Source of the DNA: an uncultured Verrucomicrobiae bacterium
GTDB lineage: Bacteria > Verrucomicrobiota > Verrucomicrobiia > Chthoniobacterales > Chthoniobacteraceae
NCBI GenBank assembly: GCA_963769025.1
Contig: CAVYKI010000006.1
Location: 320,001-384,000, forward strand
Length of the DNA: 64,000 nucleotides
Reading direction: 5' to 3'
The notes under the pieces are model-generated. The model searched no databases and was not told the origin of the DNA. It saw only the letters and a program-made list of their open reading frames with translations. Shown here piece by piece: positions 50,825-60,366 of the stretch. Position 1 is the stretch's first letter. The number at the start of each line of letters is the position of its first letter. Both the position numbers and the translations under genes were made by a program.

Positions 50825-53548
50825 ATGAAAACGAATGCCACCGTCCTGCAATGGACGATTGCTGCCGCCGCCTTGGGCGTCGCGCAGTTTGCCGCGTTGA
50901 GTCAAGACGAGGCCACGACCCGTCGGGTCTCCGGACAGGAAAGGGCTCAAGGTTCCCAGGTCATCATCAACCAGATCGACACCTCCGCCTTCCCCAAGGT
51001 GACGATTTTCGCGACCGTCCTGAAGGACGGTGTCCCCTTGCGCGGACTCGGGGCCGGTGACTTCAAGGTGCGCGAGGATGAAGTCGAGCAGGAGCCGCTG
51101 ACGGTCGTTCCGAAGCTGACCCCGCTCTCGGCGGTCGTGACGCTCGACACGAGCGGCTCCATGAAAAAGCGCCTGGCCGACGCCAAGACCGCAGCGAAGA
51201 GCTTCATCGACGCGCTGCCCGCTGACGACAAGCTGCAGCTCATCGGATTTTCGCGCGAGGTCAGACTGCTCACCCAGATGGGCGGGGATCGCGCAGCAGC
51301 CAAGCGAGCGGTGGACGCCACGACGGCGCGGGGTGACACCGCGCTCTTCGATGCTTTGCATGCCTCGGCACAGGCGCTCAAGGACAGGGCGGGACGCAAG
51401 GCGATCATCCTCCTGAGCGACGGCGCGGATGATGACGGCACAGGAAAGCAGATGAGCAAACATTCCCTCGACGAGGCGCTGGCGCTGGCGCGCGATGTGA
51501 ATGTGCCGGTCTTTGCGATCGGCATCGGAGACATCGACGAAGCTGTCTTGAAGAAGGCGGCGGGTCAGACGGGCGGCATGTTCCTCCTGGCCTCGCAGCC
51601 GGGCGAGTTGCAGAAGCTCTACGACAAAATCGGCGAACAGCTCGCGGGGCAGTACAACATCTACTACACGTCGAACCTGCCGGGAGACGGTTCCATGCAT
51701 CGCGTCCGGTTGGATTATGACAAAGCCTCCGCGACCAAGGAATACAAGTCTCCGATGCTGGTCGCCAGCGCCGCCGCTCCGAAGCCGGCGCCTGCGGCGG
51801 AACCCGCGCCGCAGCCTGCCGGTGAAGCCCCAATCATGGTTTTTGTGAAGCGCAACTTCGGCTGGGAAAACCCGCTCCACAGCGAGTTCAGCATCAATGG
51901 CAAGACCGTGGACATCTTCACTTCGGATACCCAGAAGGACGTCGGCAAATACCTGAAGGAAGGCTGGAATACGCTTTCGATCACCACGCGCCCGCAGGAT
52001 CCCGCGAACAAGGAGAACGACCTGATTTTCCGCATCGGCCCCGTGCGCAAGGACGCGAAGAGCAAGCAAATGGTCATGGATCCGGTGCTCTGGGAATTCC
52101 GCAATGGAACCGACTGGAAATTCAAGGATGGCAGGCATTCGCATCCGATGGGGCCGGAGACGAAGGAGGTGACGCTCACGTTCCCGGTGTACTTTGCAGG
52201 CATGGGCCTGGAAAAGCAGGAGATCAAAGCCGGCGACTACGTGCTCGCGGGCAAGCCAGGCTTCAACTCGTGGAACTCGCCCGTGAATGCCATGGTGTCG
52301 GTGAACGGGACGCCCTTGAACAGCTTCATGCTGGAGGCACGGCAGATCGTCGTCACATCCCTGCTCAAGGAGGGCAGGAACGAAGTGAAGATCGTCTCCA
52401 GCCGCGTGAAGAATGAATTCGCCGACAACGACATCAAAGTCTCACTGGGGGGGCCTGCGGAATACATCGCTGCGAAGAAGCAGTGGGAGGTGAAGCCCAT
52501 CGTGGAGGTTTCGGCCATGCAGGGCTGGGACAAGGACCAGCGCACCGGCCAGCTGTTCAGCAAGGCAACGCCGGAGGCTGATACCATCGAGCGGGTGGTT
52601 CCATTCTTCCTCGATGAAGCACCTGCCGGCGCGAAGGGAGGCCAGCCAAAGGCGGCGGCCCCCGGGGTGCCGCGCGCGGAGGCTGCACCGCAGAAAGGGG
52701 TCTCCGGAGCAGCAGGAGGTGAAGCGGCTGGCGCTCCTGTGAACAGCCCGATCGCGGTGTTGGCAAAGCGCAACTTCAGCAGTTGGGAAAATCCGCTGCA
52801 CAGCGAATTCAGTGTCAACGGGAAGACGGTCGATATCTTCAGTTCCGACACACAAAAAGACATCGGGAAGCAGCTCAAGCAGGGCTGGAATGAAATCAGC
52901 ATCACCACCCGTCCCCAATCGCCTGCCAACAGCGAGAACGATCTGATTTTCAGGATCGGTCCGATGGGCAAGGATCCAAAGGGCGCCGGATCCATCATGG
53001 AGCGTGTGCTGTGGAGGTTCCGCAACGGCGGTGACTGGAAGCTGGACAAGGACAAGGGCAGCTATTCGCACCCGCTCGGACCCGGCACGAAGGAGGTGAC
53101 GATCTCCCATCCGCTGTTTTTCGCGGGCATGGAGCACGAGACCGCGGCTGTGAAAGCCGGTGATTACGTGCTGGCGGGCAAGCCTGGCTTTGACTCGTGG
53201 AACTCGCCCGTGGTGGCGATGGTCTATGTGAATGGCACGCCGCTCAATAGCTTCACGCTGGAAACCCGCCAGGTGGTGATCACCCCGCTGGTCAAGGCCG
53301 GTGCCAACGAGATCAAGCTTGTGTCCAAGCGGGTGAAGAATGTGTTTCAGGACAACGACATCAAATTCTCCGTCGGCGGCCCCGCGGAATGGATCCCCGC
53401 CAAATCCGCATTCGAGGTGAAGCAGATCGTGAAGTTCGATGCCATGCAGGGCTGGGAGAGGGACAAGAAGACCGGCCAGATGGTCAACAAGGACAATCCT
53501 GAATCCGACACCATCGAACGCGTCATCCCCTTCACCTTGGAAAAATAG
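50825..53548 (+). CDS. Secreted VWA-domain protein with duplicated C-terminal beta-rich modules
   Basis: MIDAS DTSGSM, TALFDA and LSDG motifs; two similar modules of about 265 aa. Confidence 0.88.
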   Translation: MKTNATVLQWTIAAAALGVAQFAALSQDEATTRRVSGQERAQGSQVIINQIDTSAFPKVTIFATVLKDGVPLRGLGAGDFKVREDEVEQEPLTVVPKLTPLSAVVTLDTSGSMKKRLADAKTAAKSFIDALPADDKLQLIGFSREVRLLTQMGGDRAAAKRAVDATTARGDTALFDALHASAQALKDRAGRKAIILLSDGADDDGTGKQMSKHSLDEALALARDVNVPVFAIGIGDIDEAVLKKAAGQTGGMFLLASQPGELQKLYDKIGEQLAGQYNIYYTSNLPGDGSMHRVRLDYDKASATKEYKSPMLVASAAAPKPAPAAEPAPQPAGEAPIMVFVKRNFGWENPLHSEFSINGKTVDIFTSDTQKDVGKYLKEGWNTLSITTRPQDPANKENDLIFRIGPVRKDAKSKQMVMDPVLWEFRNGTDWKFKDGRHSHPMGPETKEVTLTFPVYFAGMGLEKQEIKAGDYVLAGKPGFNSWNSPVNAMVSVNGTPLNSFMLEARQIVVTSLLKEGRNEVKIVSSRVKNEFADNDIKVSLGGPAEYIAAKKQWEVKPIVEVSAMQGWDKDQRTGQLFSKATPEADTIERVVPFFLDEAPAGAKGGQPKAAAPGVPRAEAAPQKGVSGAAGGEAAGAPVNSPIAVLAKRNFSSWENPLHSEFSVNGKTVDIFSSDTQKDIGKQLKQGWNEISITTRPQSPANSENDLIFRIGPMGKDPKGAGSIMERVLWRFRNGGDWKLDKDKGSYSHPLGPGTKEVTISHPLFFAGMEHETAAVKAGDYVLAGKPGFDSWNSPVVAMVYVNGTPLNSFTLETRQVVITPLVKAGANEIKLVSKRVKNVFQDNDIKFSVGGPAEWIPAKSAFEVKQIVKFDAMQGWERDKKTGQMVNKDNPESDTIERVIPFTLEK

Positions 53549-53708
53549 CCACGGGAACCGCCGCCGCGACGGCAGGCTCCCGTCTCCTCGGCGTGGCGTC
53601 CTGTGGCGTCTGGAAAAAGAGGCGGATTTGCCGGAAAATCCTGTTCTGAAGAAAGTGCGCCTGTGATTCACGTTGGATCGCGCGGCGGTGTGCGTACAGT
53701 CGCCGCAT

Positions 53709-54515
53709 ATGATCAGAACGTCCCGTGTGCTTTTCGCGCTCGCGCTCCCGCTGTGGCTGGGTGGCTGCAATCGAAACGAAGTGACCTCGTCCGAGACGGT
53801 GCCGGAGGTCGTGGAGGCCAAGGAGCAGCTCTCGGCTCCCGTGGCGTTGCCCGAGAGTGTGCTGGGCGGGCAGCCGCAGTCGGGAATCTCGGACGCCGAG
53901 ACGGCGAAGTATGAGGCTTGGTTCCGGAAGTACGGGCTCGACCCGAAGGACCCCGCGATGCTCGACGCGGACTCGGACGGCGATGGGTTTTCCAACCGGG
54001 AGGAATTTCTCGCAGGGACGAATCCGCGCGATGCGCTCTCGATGCCGGGAATGCTCGAAGGCGTCGTGATGAAGGAACTGAACGACGTGCGTGTGCCGGT
54101 GATCCTGCGGTCGGTGAAGGACGGCAAGGCGCGCGTGGAGCGCCTCGACACTCCCGGCACGGAGGAGTGGACGCAGGGCGCGACGGTGAAGGGATTGCCC
54201 TATCGTGTCACCGCGGTGAAGCAGGAGGTGAAGGCGGACAAGCACGGCGTTTTCTCCGACGTTTCGCAGGTGACGCTGGAGAACCCGGACACGAAGGAAT
54301 CGGTGGTGCTCATCCGCGACTTGCCCGCGCGGAGCAGCGAGACGCACGCGGTCCTCACGGGGCCGGGCGGCTATGAGAAAAGGGTCCACGTCGATGAGAT
54401 CATCGAGCTGCCCGGCGAGAAGGGAAAGCAGTTCAAGGTGCTCGAACTCCGCCCGGACCAGGTGGTGGTCGAGGAGATGGGCGCGAGGCGGCCGCTGACG
54501 ATTCCAAAGCGGTGA
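53709..54515 (+). CDS. Lipoprotein with Ca-binding DSDGDG loop (Amuc_1099-like)
   Basis: LGGC lipobox; WFRKYGLDP..DADSDGDGFSNREE..GTNP motif. Confidence 0.7.
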   Translation: MIRTSRVLFALALPLWLGGCNRNEVTSSETVPEVVEAKEQLSAPVALPESVLGGQPQSGISDAETAKYEAWFRKYGLDPKDPAMLDADSDGDGFSNREEFLAGTNPRDALSMPGMLEGVVMKELNDVRVPVILRSVKDGKARVERLDTPGTEEWTQGATVKGLPYRVTAVKQEVKADKHGVFSDVSQVTLENPDTKESVVLIRDLPARSSETHAVLTGPGGYEKRVHVDEIIELPGEKGKQFKVLELRPDQVVVEEMGARRPLTIPKR

Positions 54516-54553
54516 CGGCGGCGGGGACGTTTTTTTGAGGAGGGAAACTGATC

Positions 54554-55885
54554 ATGCGTCTTTTCCGAAACCTTGCACTCATCGCCGCGTGTAGCGCCGT
54601 GTCGTTCGCGGCGGAGGACACGGGCAGGGCCGACTGGCCGCGCCTCCTCGGTCCGAGGGATAATTGCACGACGACGGAATCCGGATTGCTCCGCACATTT
54701 CCCGCGGGCGGATTGCCCGTGGTGTGGGAGATGCCGCTCGGCAGCGGAATGGGCGGGCCCGCGATCGTGGGAGGACAGCTCGTGGTCTTTCACCGCATCG
54801 GCGAAAAGGAAACCGTGGAGTGCCACGATACGGCGACGGGCAAGGCGCGTTGGAAATTTGATTACGCCGCCCCCTACCAGCCGCGCTACGGCGGAGGCAG
54901 CGGACCGCGGACGAGCCCGGTGATTGCCGGCGGTCGCGTGTTCACGTTCGGAGTCACCGGCCGCATGCATTGCCTCGACCTCGCGAGCGGGAAGGTGCTC
55001 TGGGAGCACGACTGTGCGCGTGAGTTTGCGATGCGGCCCACGTTCTTCGGATTCGGCTCCACGCCGCTCGTGATGGGCAGCCGCGTCATCGTGCAGCTCG
55101 GCGGGGTGCATGATGGGAAGCCGGTGAATTCCGTGGCGTTCGATGTCGCGACGGGGAAACTGCTGTGGGCCGCCGTGCACGAGTGGGGCGCGAGCTACGC
55201 GTCGTCCATCCCGGCGAAACTCCACGGCCGCGACTGCGTCCTTGTCTTTGCCGGAGGCATGAGCCGGCCGGCGACGGGCGGGCTGCTCGTCATCGACGCG
55301 GCGGATGGCAAGGTGCTCGCCGCCGTGCCGCATCGCGCGTCCATGGCGGAGTCCGTGAATGTGTCGGCGCCGGTCGTGGCATCCGCGGAGCCGGGCCAGC
55401 CGGCGCGGATCTTTGTGTCCGAGGCGTACACGGCGGGCGGCTTGTGCGTGGAGATCGCGGAGGATTTCTCGGCGCGGCAGGCGTGGCGCGCTCCGGAGTT
55501 TGGAACGTATTGGATGACATCGCTCGTCCGTGGGGGCCTGCTTTTTGGGTTCGTGGGAATGAACGAACAGCTCGCGGAACTCGTGTGCCAGGACATCGCG
55601 AGCGGCCGCGAACTGTGGCGCGACGACATGGGCCGCGGGTTTGGCCGCGCGAATCTCCTCGCGACCGGCGATGGCGTGCTGTGCCTCGGCGAATTCGGCG
55701 ACCTCGCGTGGCTGGAGCTCACCGCGAAGGGCGCGAAGATCGTCGCGCGCACGAAGCTCTTCGACGCGCCGGAGACATGGACGATGCCCGCTCTCAGCCA
55801 CGGGTTGCTCTACGTGCAGCAAAATGAACCGGCACGCGACGGTGCAAAGCCGCGGCTGATCTGCTACGACCTTCGCGCCAAATGA
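54554..55885 (+). CDS. PQQ-like beta-propeller (BamB-like) protein
   Basis: DWPRLLGP, repeated D..TGK..W motifs and C-terminal LICYDL. Confidence 0.88.
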   Translation: MRLFRNLALIAACSAVSFAAEDTGRADWPRLLGPRDNCTTTESGLLRTFPAGGLPVVWEMPLGSGMGGPAIVGGQLVVFHRIGEKETVECHDTATGKARWKFDYAAPYQPRYGGGSGPRTSPVIAGGRVFTFGVTGRMHCLDLASGKVLWEHDCAREFAMRPTFFGFGSTPLVMGSRVIVQLGGVHDGKPVNSVAFDVATGKLLWAAVHEWGASYASSIPAKLHGRDCVLVFAGGMSRPATGGLLVIDAADGKVLAAVPHRASMAESVNVSAPVVASAEPGQPARIFVSEAYTAGGLCVEIAEDFSARQAWRAPEFGTYWMTSLVRGGLLFGFVGMNEQLAELVCQDIASGRELWRDDMGRGFGRANLLATGDGVLCLGEFGDLAWLELTAKGAKIVARTKLFDAPETWTMPALSHGLLYVQQNEPARDGAKPRLICYDLRAK

Positions 55886-57201
55886 ACATCGCCCTACTGA
55901 CGCCAGGCACCGGGAGCTACCACTGCGGGGTCTGCATGCGCGACAATGCGCTCGCGAAGGAACTCCACCGCTCGGGCCACCGTGCGCTGCTGCTGCCGAT
56001 GTATCTGCCGCTCACGCTCGACGAGGAGGCCGCCAGTCCCGGCGCACCGATTTTCTTCGGCGGCGTGAGCACGTACCTGCGTGAGAAAATCCCGTCGGCC
56101 CGGGAGATGCCGCGATGGCTGGATCGTCTGCTCAGCGCGCGGTGGATTTTGAAGCTGCTCGCGGGCCGTGCGGCGAAAACGGGCGGGCCGAAGGTCGCGG
56201 AGATGACGCTCTCGATGCTCCGCGGCGAGGCGGGCAACCAGGCCGGCGAATTGCGCGAGCTGGTCGCGTGGCTGAAGACCGCGTTCGACGGCGCGCCCCC
56301 GGATGCGATCTGGCTCTCCACCGCGCTGCAGGCCGGGCTCGCGCGTTCGCTTCGCGCGGAACTCGGCGTCCCGATCCTCGGCTTCCTGCAAGGCGAGGAT
56401 TCTTTCCTCGACGGCCTCGGCTCCCGCGCGCCCGAGGTGTGGACGCTGCTCTCCGAGCGGATGCGGGACGCGGATGCGTGGGTCGCGCCGAGCCATTACT
56501 TCGCCCAACAGATGGCCGCGCGGCTGCAATGGGACGCCGACGACGTGGCGCGCGGGATTCACGTGATCCCAAACGGGATCGTGACGGAGGATTTTGCCGA
56601 GGGCTTCATGCAGCCGCACACCCGCCCGACCATCGGCTACCTCGCGCGCTTCGTGCCGGGGAAGGGGCTCGGCGTGCTCGTCGAGGCATTCATCCTCCTG
56701 AAAAAGCGCAACGCCATTCCCGACCTCCTGCTGCGCTGCGCCGGCTCCATGACCGCCGACGACGCCCGCTACGTGGAGACGCTGCGCGCGAAACTCGCCG
56801 CCGCGGGCTGCGCGGGGGAGGTGGAATTCCTCCCGAACGTCTCCCGCGAGGAGAAGATTCATTTCCTGCGCGGGCTCGATGTCTTCAGCGTCCCGGCCAT
56901 GGTGAGCGAGGCCTTCGGGCTCTACGCCATCGAGGCCCTCGCCGCGGGCATCCCGGTGGTGCTGCCCCGCGCGTTTGCATTCCCGGAAATCGTCAACGCG
57001 AGCGGCGGCGGCGTCCTGTTCGAGCCGGGCGACAGCCCCGACAGCGCGGCGGCCGCACTCGCGGATGCGATCGAGGAAGTCTTCCGTCATCCCTCCCAAG
57101 GCCGCGCCCTCGGCGCTGCGGGCCGGGCTGCGGCGGTGGAAAAATATTCCCTCCGCACAATGGCCGCATCGTGCGTCGGGCTCGCCCGCACGCTGGGCTG
57201 A
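55882..57201 (+). CDS. Glycosyltransferase family 4
   Basis: CGVCMRD, YLAR..GKG and EAFGLYAIEA motifs; ATGA-coupled to the upstream gene. Confidence 0.88.
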   Translation: MNIALLTPGTGSYHCGVCMRDNALAKELHRSGHRALLLPMYLPLTLDEEAASPGAPIFFGGVSTYLREKIPSAREMPRWLDRLLSARWILKLLAGRAAKTGGPKVAEMTLSMLRGEAGNQAGELRELVAWLKTAFDGAPPDAIWLSTALQAGLARSLRAELGVPILGFLQGEDSFLDGLGSRAPEVWTLLSERMRDADAWVAPSHYFAQQMAARLQWDADDVARGIHVIPNGIVTEDFAEGFMQPHTRPTIGYLARFVPGKGLGVLVEAFILLKKRNAIPDLLLRCAGSMTADDARYVETLRAKLAAAGCAGEVEFLPNVSREEKIHFLRGLDVFSVPAMVSEAFGLYAIEALAAGIPVVLPRAFAFPEIVNASGGGVLFEPGDSPDSAAAALADAIEEVFRHPSQGRALGAAGRAAAVEKYSLRTMAASCVGLARTLG

Positions 57202-57311
57202 GAAATGCAGGACTTCGGAGGCGGTGTGTCATCCGTGCCACCGGTGCGCCCGCACCAACACAAACACCACTCAGTTCACCCAACTTCCATCTTGAGCCCT
57301 TTCTATTGGGC

Positions 57312-57764
57312 TCAGGCGATGTTTGCATGCTGTTTGACGGCAAACCAATATATCCATCCCATAAGGAACAACTGAAGCGGGATGCGAACCAAAAGGTAGG
57401 AGGGCCCGGAGGCATGGCCGCCAAAATCAACCCGCTGCCACGCAGCATAGATGTTGGAAGGAACAAGCAGGAGCAGGAATACGCACAACACAAGACCTGC
57501 GTGACGTGACAAGGGCGTGATGAGAATGGCAGCAGCGGCGAGCAACTCGAAGACGCCTGTGATGTAAACAAGCGGCGTGCGCATGGGCACCCAGCTCGGA
57601 AGCATCTGCGTCATCGCGGCGGTCTTGATGAAATGGCCGACACCGGTAAACGCGAAAACGAGCGCGATGCCCACTCGCCCACGAAGCACTTCCGGAACGT
57701 GTGCAAACGTCAGGAGCCAGTAGGGAAGCAAGAGCAGCGTGAGGATGATTGCGATATTTGTCAT
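57312..57764 (-). CDS. DoxX-like membrane protein (last cassette of the array)
   Basis: GVGHF..M.P.W.P, YITGVFEL, P.NIY and RIPLQ motifs; more AT-rich than the flank. Confidence 0.82.
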   Translation of the reverse strand: MTNIAIILTLLLLPYWLLTFAHVPEVLRGRVGIALVFAFTGVGHFIKTAAMTQMLPSWVPMRTPLVYITGVFELLAAAAILITPLSRHAGLVLCVFLLLLVPSNIYAAWQRVDFGGHASGPSYLLVRIPLQLFLMGWIYWFAVKQHANIA

Positions 57765-57778
57765 GGTGTGTGGAAGCC

Positions 57779-57836
57779 ACTTGCCGACCCCAAGCTCAGC
57801 GACAGCCGGAGCCGTTCGCAGCAGCCATCTTCAGGC
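57779..57836 (-). mobile_element. Degenerate attC-like site C
   Basis: Minus strand GCCTGAA..GCTGCTGCGAACGGCTCC..GTCGCTGAGCTTGGGGTC-GGC; shares a 18-nt identical block with site A; core GTT lost. Confidence 0.65.
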
Positions 57837-57869
57837 GTCGCGGGTGTTGGGAGTTCGGCGGTTGCACGC

Positions 57870-59369
57870 TCATTGGAGCGGGTAGTTGTGCGTGTTAATG
57901 TTATTTTCGGCCTTCGTGTAAGCGACGAACACCGTCGGGTCGGTGCCGTTCAGATACTCTTCCACATTGGTGTAGCCGTCTTTGTCTTTGTCCTGCGGGC
58001 CGTCGGCCGTGTCGTTTGGATTCAAGCCGTGCTTCTTCTCCCATTCATCCGGCATTCCGTCGTCATCGCTGTCCGGTGGCGCAGGCAGGCTTGGGAGTGC
58101 CGGCCAGCCGCCCACGTCCGCGGGAGAGTCGATGATGCCGGTCATCTTGGACGGATCTGCGACGCGTGCATTCTTCTTGTAGGTTTCCCCTTCGTAAGTC
58201 GCGTAGCCGCCGCGGACTTCGTCCACGATGCGGGCATCGATGCTGTCGCGGTTGGGGAGGGAAGCCCCCGCCTTCTCCAGCACGGTGCGATAGGCTTCCT
58301 GCGCGGTTTGTTGGCGGATGGGCAGCGCGGGCCACGGCTGATCGAGCCGGAGCGCCGCCAATGCAGCCTCACCGCCTTCCGCCTGCACGCCGCCCTTCCA
58401 GTTGTTGGCGGTCACCGCCTCGTTGCCCTCCATTACGTTACCGGCCACATGCCATTTGCCGTAATCCTCCACCCCCTTCCGTGAGGACGGGTTGACGATC
58501 CGGTGCCTGATCTCACCCGGAACGGTCGCCGGCCCCGGCTTGTAATAGTTGGCCACCATGTTGATGGTCGTGGGGTTGACCTGCGGGGTGTTTGTATCCG
58601 GCCTGTCGCCCTTCTCGCCACCGTAGGTGCTGTTGTTACCCCAGTTGTACACGACGTTGTTGCGAAAATCCGAATGGCCGCTGGCCGAAGCGAAACGGGG
58701 GTTCCGGCTCGTGTGGTGCGCCAGCAGATTATGATGATAGCTGTTGTGGTTGCCGCCCCAGATGCCGCCAAAGCCGTGCGCTCCCTTGACGTGCCCGGCG
58801 CTATACAGGCTTTCCGTGATCATGCACCACTGCACCGTCACGTTCTCGCAATGATAGACCGACATCGCTTCATCCACGCTCCAACTCACCGACAGATGAT
58901 CAAGGATGATGTTCCTGTGTCCGCGGCCACCGACAGCATCATGATCGATCCCCGATGCGTTTCCCGTTCTCACCCGCAGGTAGCGGATGATAACCTCGTC
59001 GGCATTGATGCTCAGGGGATAGTCTTTGAGGCAGATGCCGCCTCCGGGTGCCGTCTGCCCGGCGATGGTGATGTAAGGATTGGAGATTTTCAGGGGGCTC
59101 TTCAGAGCGATGGTGCCTGATACCCTGAACACCACGATGCGCGGCCCCTTCGCTGTGACCGCAGCGCGGAGGCTTCCGGGCCCGGAGTCATCCAGGTTCG
59201 TCACCGCCATCACGCGCCCGCCCCGTCCACCCGTGGTCTTCGAGCCATAGCCCTCCGCGCCGGGAAAGGCAGGAATCTCACCGGCGGATGCGACGTGAAT
59301 GCCCTGCGCCAGCAGGGTGCAAAGGATCGGAAGCAGGCACCAGCCCGCGTTCTTTGTAGCGGTTTTCAT
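57870..59369 (-). CDS. Secreted pectate lyase (PL1-like) with C-terminal Ca-binding repeats
   Basis: AFPGAEGYG..TTGGRGG, TIAGQTAPG, SWSVDE, HHTSRNPR and DSDDDGMPD motifs. Confidence 0.9.
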   Translation of the reverse strand: MKTATKNAGWCLLPILCTLLAQGIHVASAGEIPAFPGAEGYGSKTTGGRGGRVMAVTNLDDSGPGSLRAAVTAKGPRIVVFRVSGTIALKSPLKISNPYITIAGQTAPGGGICLKDYPLSINADEVIIRYLRVRTGNASGIDHDAVGGRGHRNIILDHLSVSWSVDEAMSVYHCENVTVQWCMITESLYSAGHVKGAHGFGGIWGGNHNSYHHNLLAHHTSRNPRFASASGHSDFRNNVVYNWGNNSTYGGEKGDRPDTNTPQVNPTTINMVANYYKPGPATVPGEIRHRIVNPSSRKGVEDYGKWHVAGNVMEGNEAVTANNWKGGVQAEGGEAALAALRLDQPWPALPIRQQTAQEAYRTVLEKAGASLPNRDSIDARIVDEVRGGYATYEGETYKKNARVADPSKMTGIIDSPADVGGWPALPSLPAPPDSDDDGMPDEWEKKHGLNPNDTADGPQDKDKDGYTNVEEYLNGTDPTVFVAYTKAENNINTHNYPLQ

Positions 59370-59385
59370 AGAAATGCATACCAGC

Positions 59386-59468
59386 GCCTAACGCTCGCTA
59401 GCTCAGCGGCGGCGGCAGGACCACAGGCCGTGACGCCCGGAGCCGGCCGCTGCAGAGCATGGGTCGGC
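59386..59468 (-). mobile_element. attC-like site B
   Basis: Minus strand GCCGACC..CTGCAGCG...CGCTGAGC..GTTAGGC, starting 7 nt after the methyltransferase stop. Confidence 0.78.
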
Positions 59469-59475
59469 GTTGCGG

Positions 59476-60192
59476 TCATGGAGAAAAAACGAGTCGGGCC
59501 AGATAATGACCACTCTCCTCGTCAGCGAGCTTCTCTGCCAGCCAGCCATGTCTTTGGGCGTGTTCCCGCAGAGTATCGAAGTCGATGTGCAGCCAATCAA
59601 AGGCCTCCCCCCGGCGCCCGCGATACTCGATGCAGAACCTCATCTGTCCCGCGGGTCGGCCCTGGCTTTGGTTGGTTTCTTGGTAGGCAAGGTGCGTCGG
59701 GTTGCTTGTCCGGCGCACATCGAGCGAGTCGCATAAAATCTGTCCAGATGGGGACAGAAGATTCTGCGCGTGGTCGAAGAACGCCGCCGCACCGCTGAGA
59801 GTGCCCACCAACCCAAAGCCGTTCATGAGCATCAGGATCGTGTCGAACTCGCGCGCGGCGAGCGTGAAGACGCTCGCCGACAATGCGTCCGCAACTCCGC
59901 GCTCGGACATGATGGCGACAAGCTCCGGCTCGATTTCGATGGAGGTCACGTGGGCCAGGCGGCTCTGAAGGACGAGGGAGTGACGCCCGACACCGGCTCC
60001 GACGTCGAGAACTCTCCCGGAAGCGCGATCAAGGGCAAGCTGCTCAATCGGGTTGAACGGCCGGGCAGCGAACGCCGCCGACACAGGGACAAGCTGTGAC
60101 CAGCCATCGTCGCGGTGGACGGTGTAAGCAGCCTCTGCATCCCCGCGCCAATAATCGAGCATCGCCTCCGAATACGGGCTACACGGTTTCAT
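59476..60192 (-). CDS. Class I SAM-dependent methyltransferase (cassette gene)
   Basis: VLDVGAGVGRHSL, FDTILMLMNG and FDWLHID motifs; bounded by attC-like sites. Confidence 0.87.
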   Translation of the reverse strand: MKPCSPYSEAMLDYWRGDAEAAYTVHRDDGWSQLVPVSAAFAARPFNPIEQLALDRASGRVLDVGAGVGRHSLVLQSRLAHVTSIEIEPELVAIMSERGVADALSASVFTLAAREFDTILMLMNGFGLVGTLSGAAAFFDHAQNLLSPSGQILCDSLDVRRTSNPTHLAYQETNQSQGRPAGQMRFCIEYRGRRGEAFDWLHIDFDTLREHAQRHGWLAEKLADEESGHYLARLVFSP

Positions 60193-60257
60193 GAGAACGA
60201 CCCCAAGCTCAGCGACGCACGGAGCCGTTAGAGGAGAGCTCCAGCGCCTGGTTAGGC
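60192..60257 (-). mobile_element. attC-like site A
   Basis: Minus strand GCCTAAC-CAGGC-GCTGGAG...CGCTGAGC-TTGGGGTC-GTTCTCA. Confidence 0.8.
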
Positions 60258-60366
60258 GTTGCGGATGTTGGAATGGCCGCTCTCATGGAGAAAAAAGACT
60301 GAAAATGCCCCTCGCGGCGATCGGATTTCTTCGACATGGCTGCATTCACGGGAGATGTGCGAAGTC
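60258..60366 (-). other. Gene-less cassette body (109 bp)
   Basis: Lies between GTTAGGC of site D and GCCTAAC of site A, which are perfectly complementary core and inverse-core sites; no credible ORF. Confidence 0.65.
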
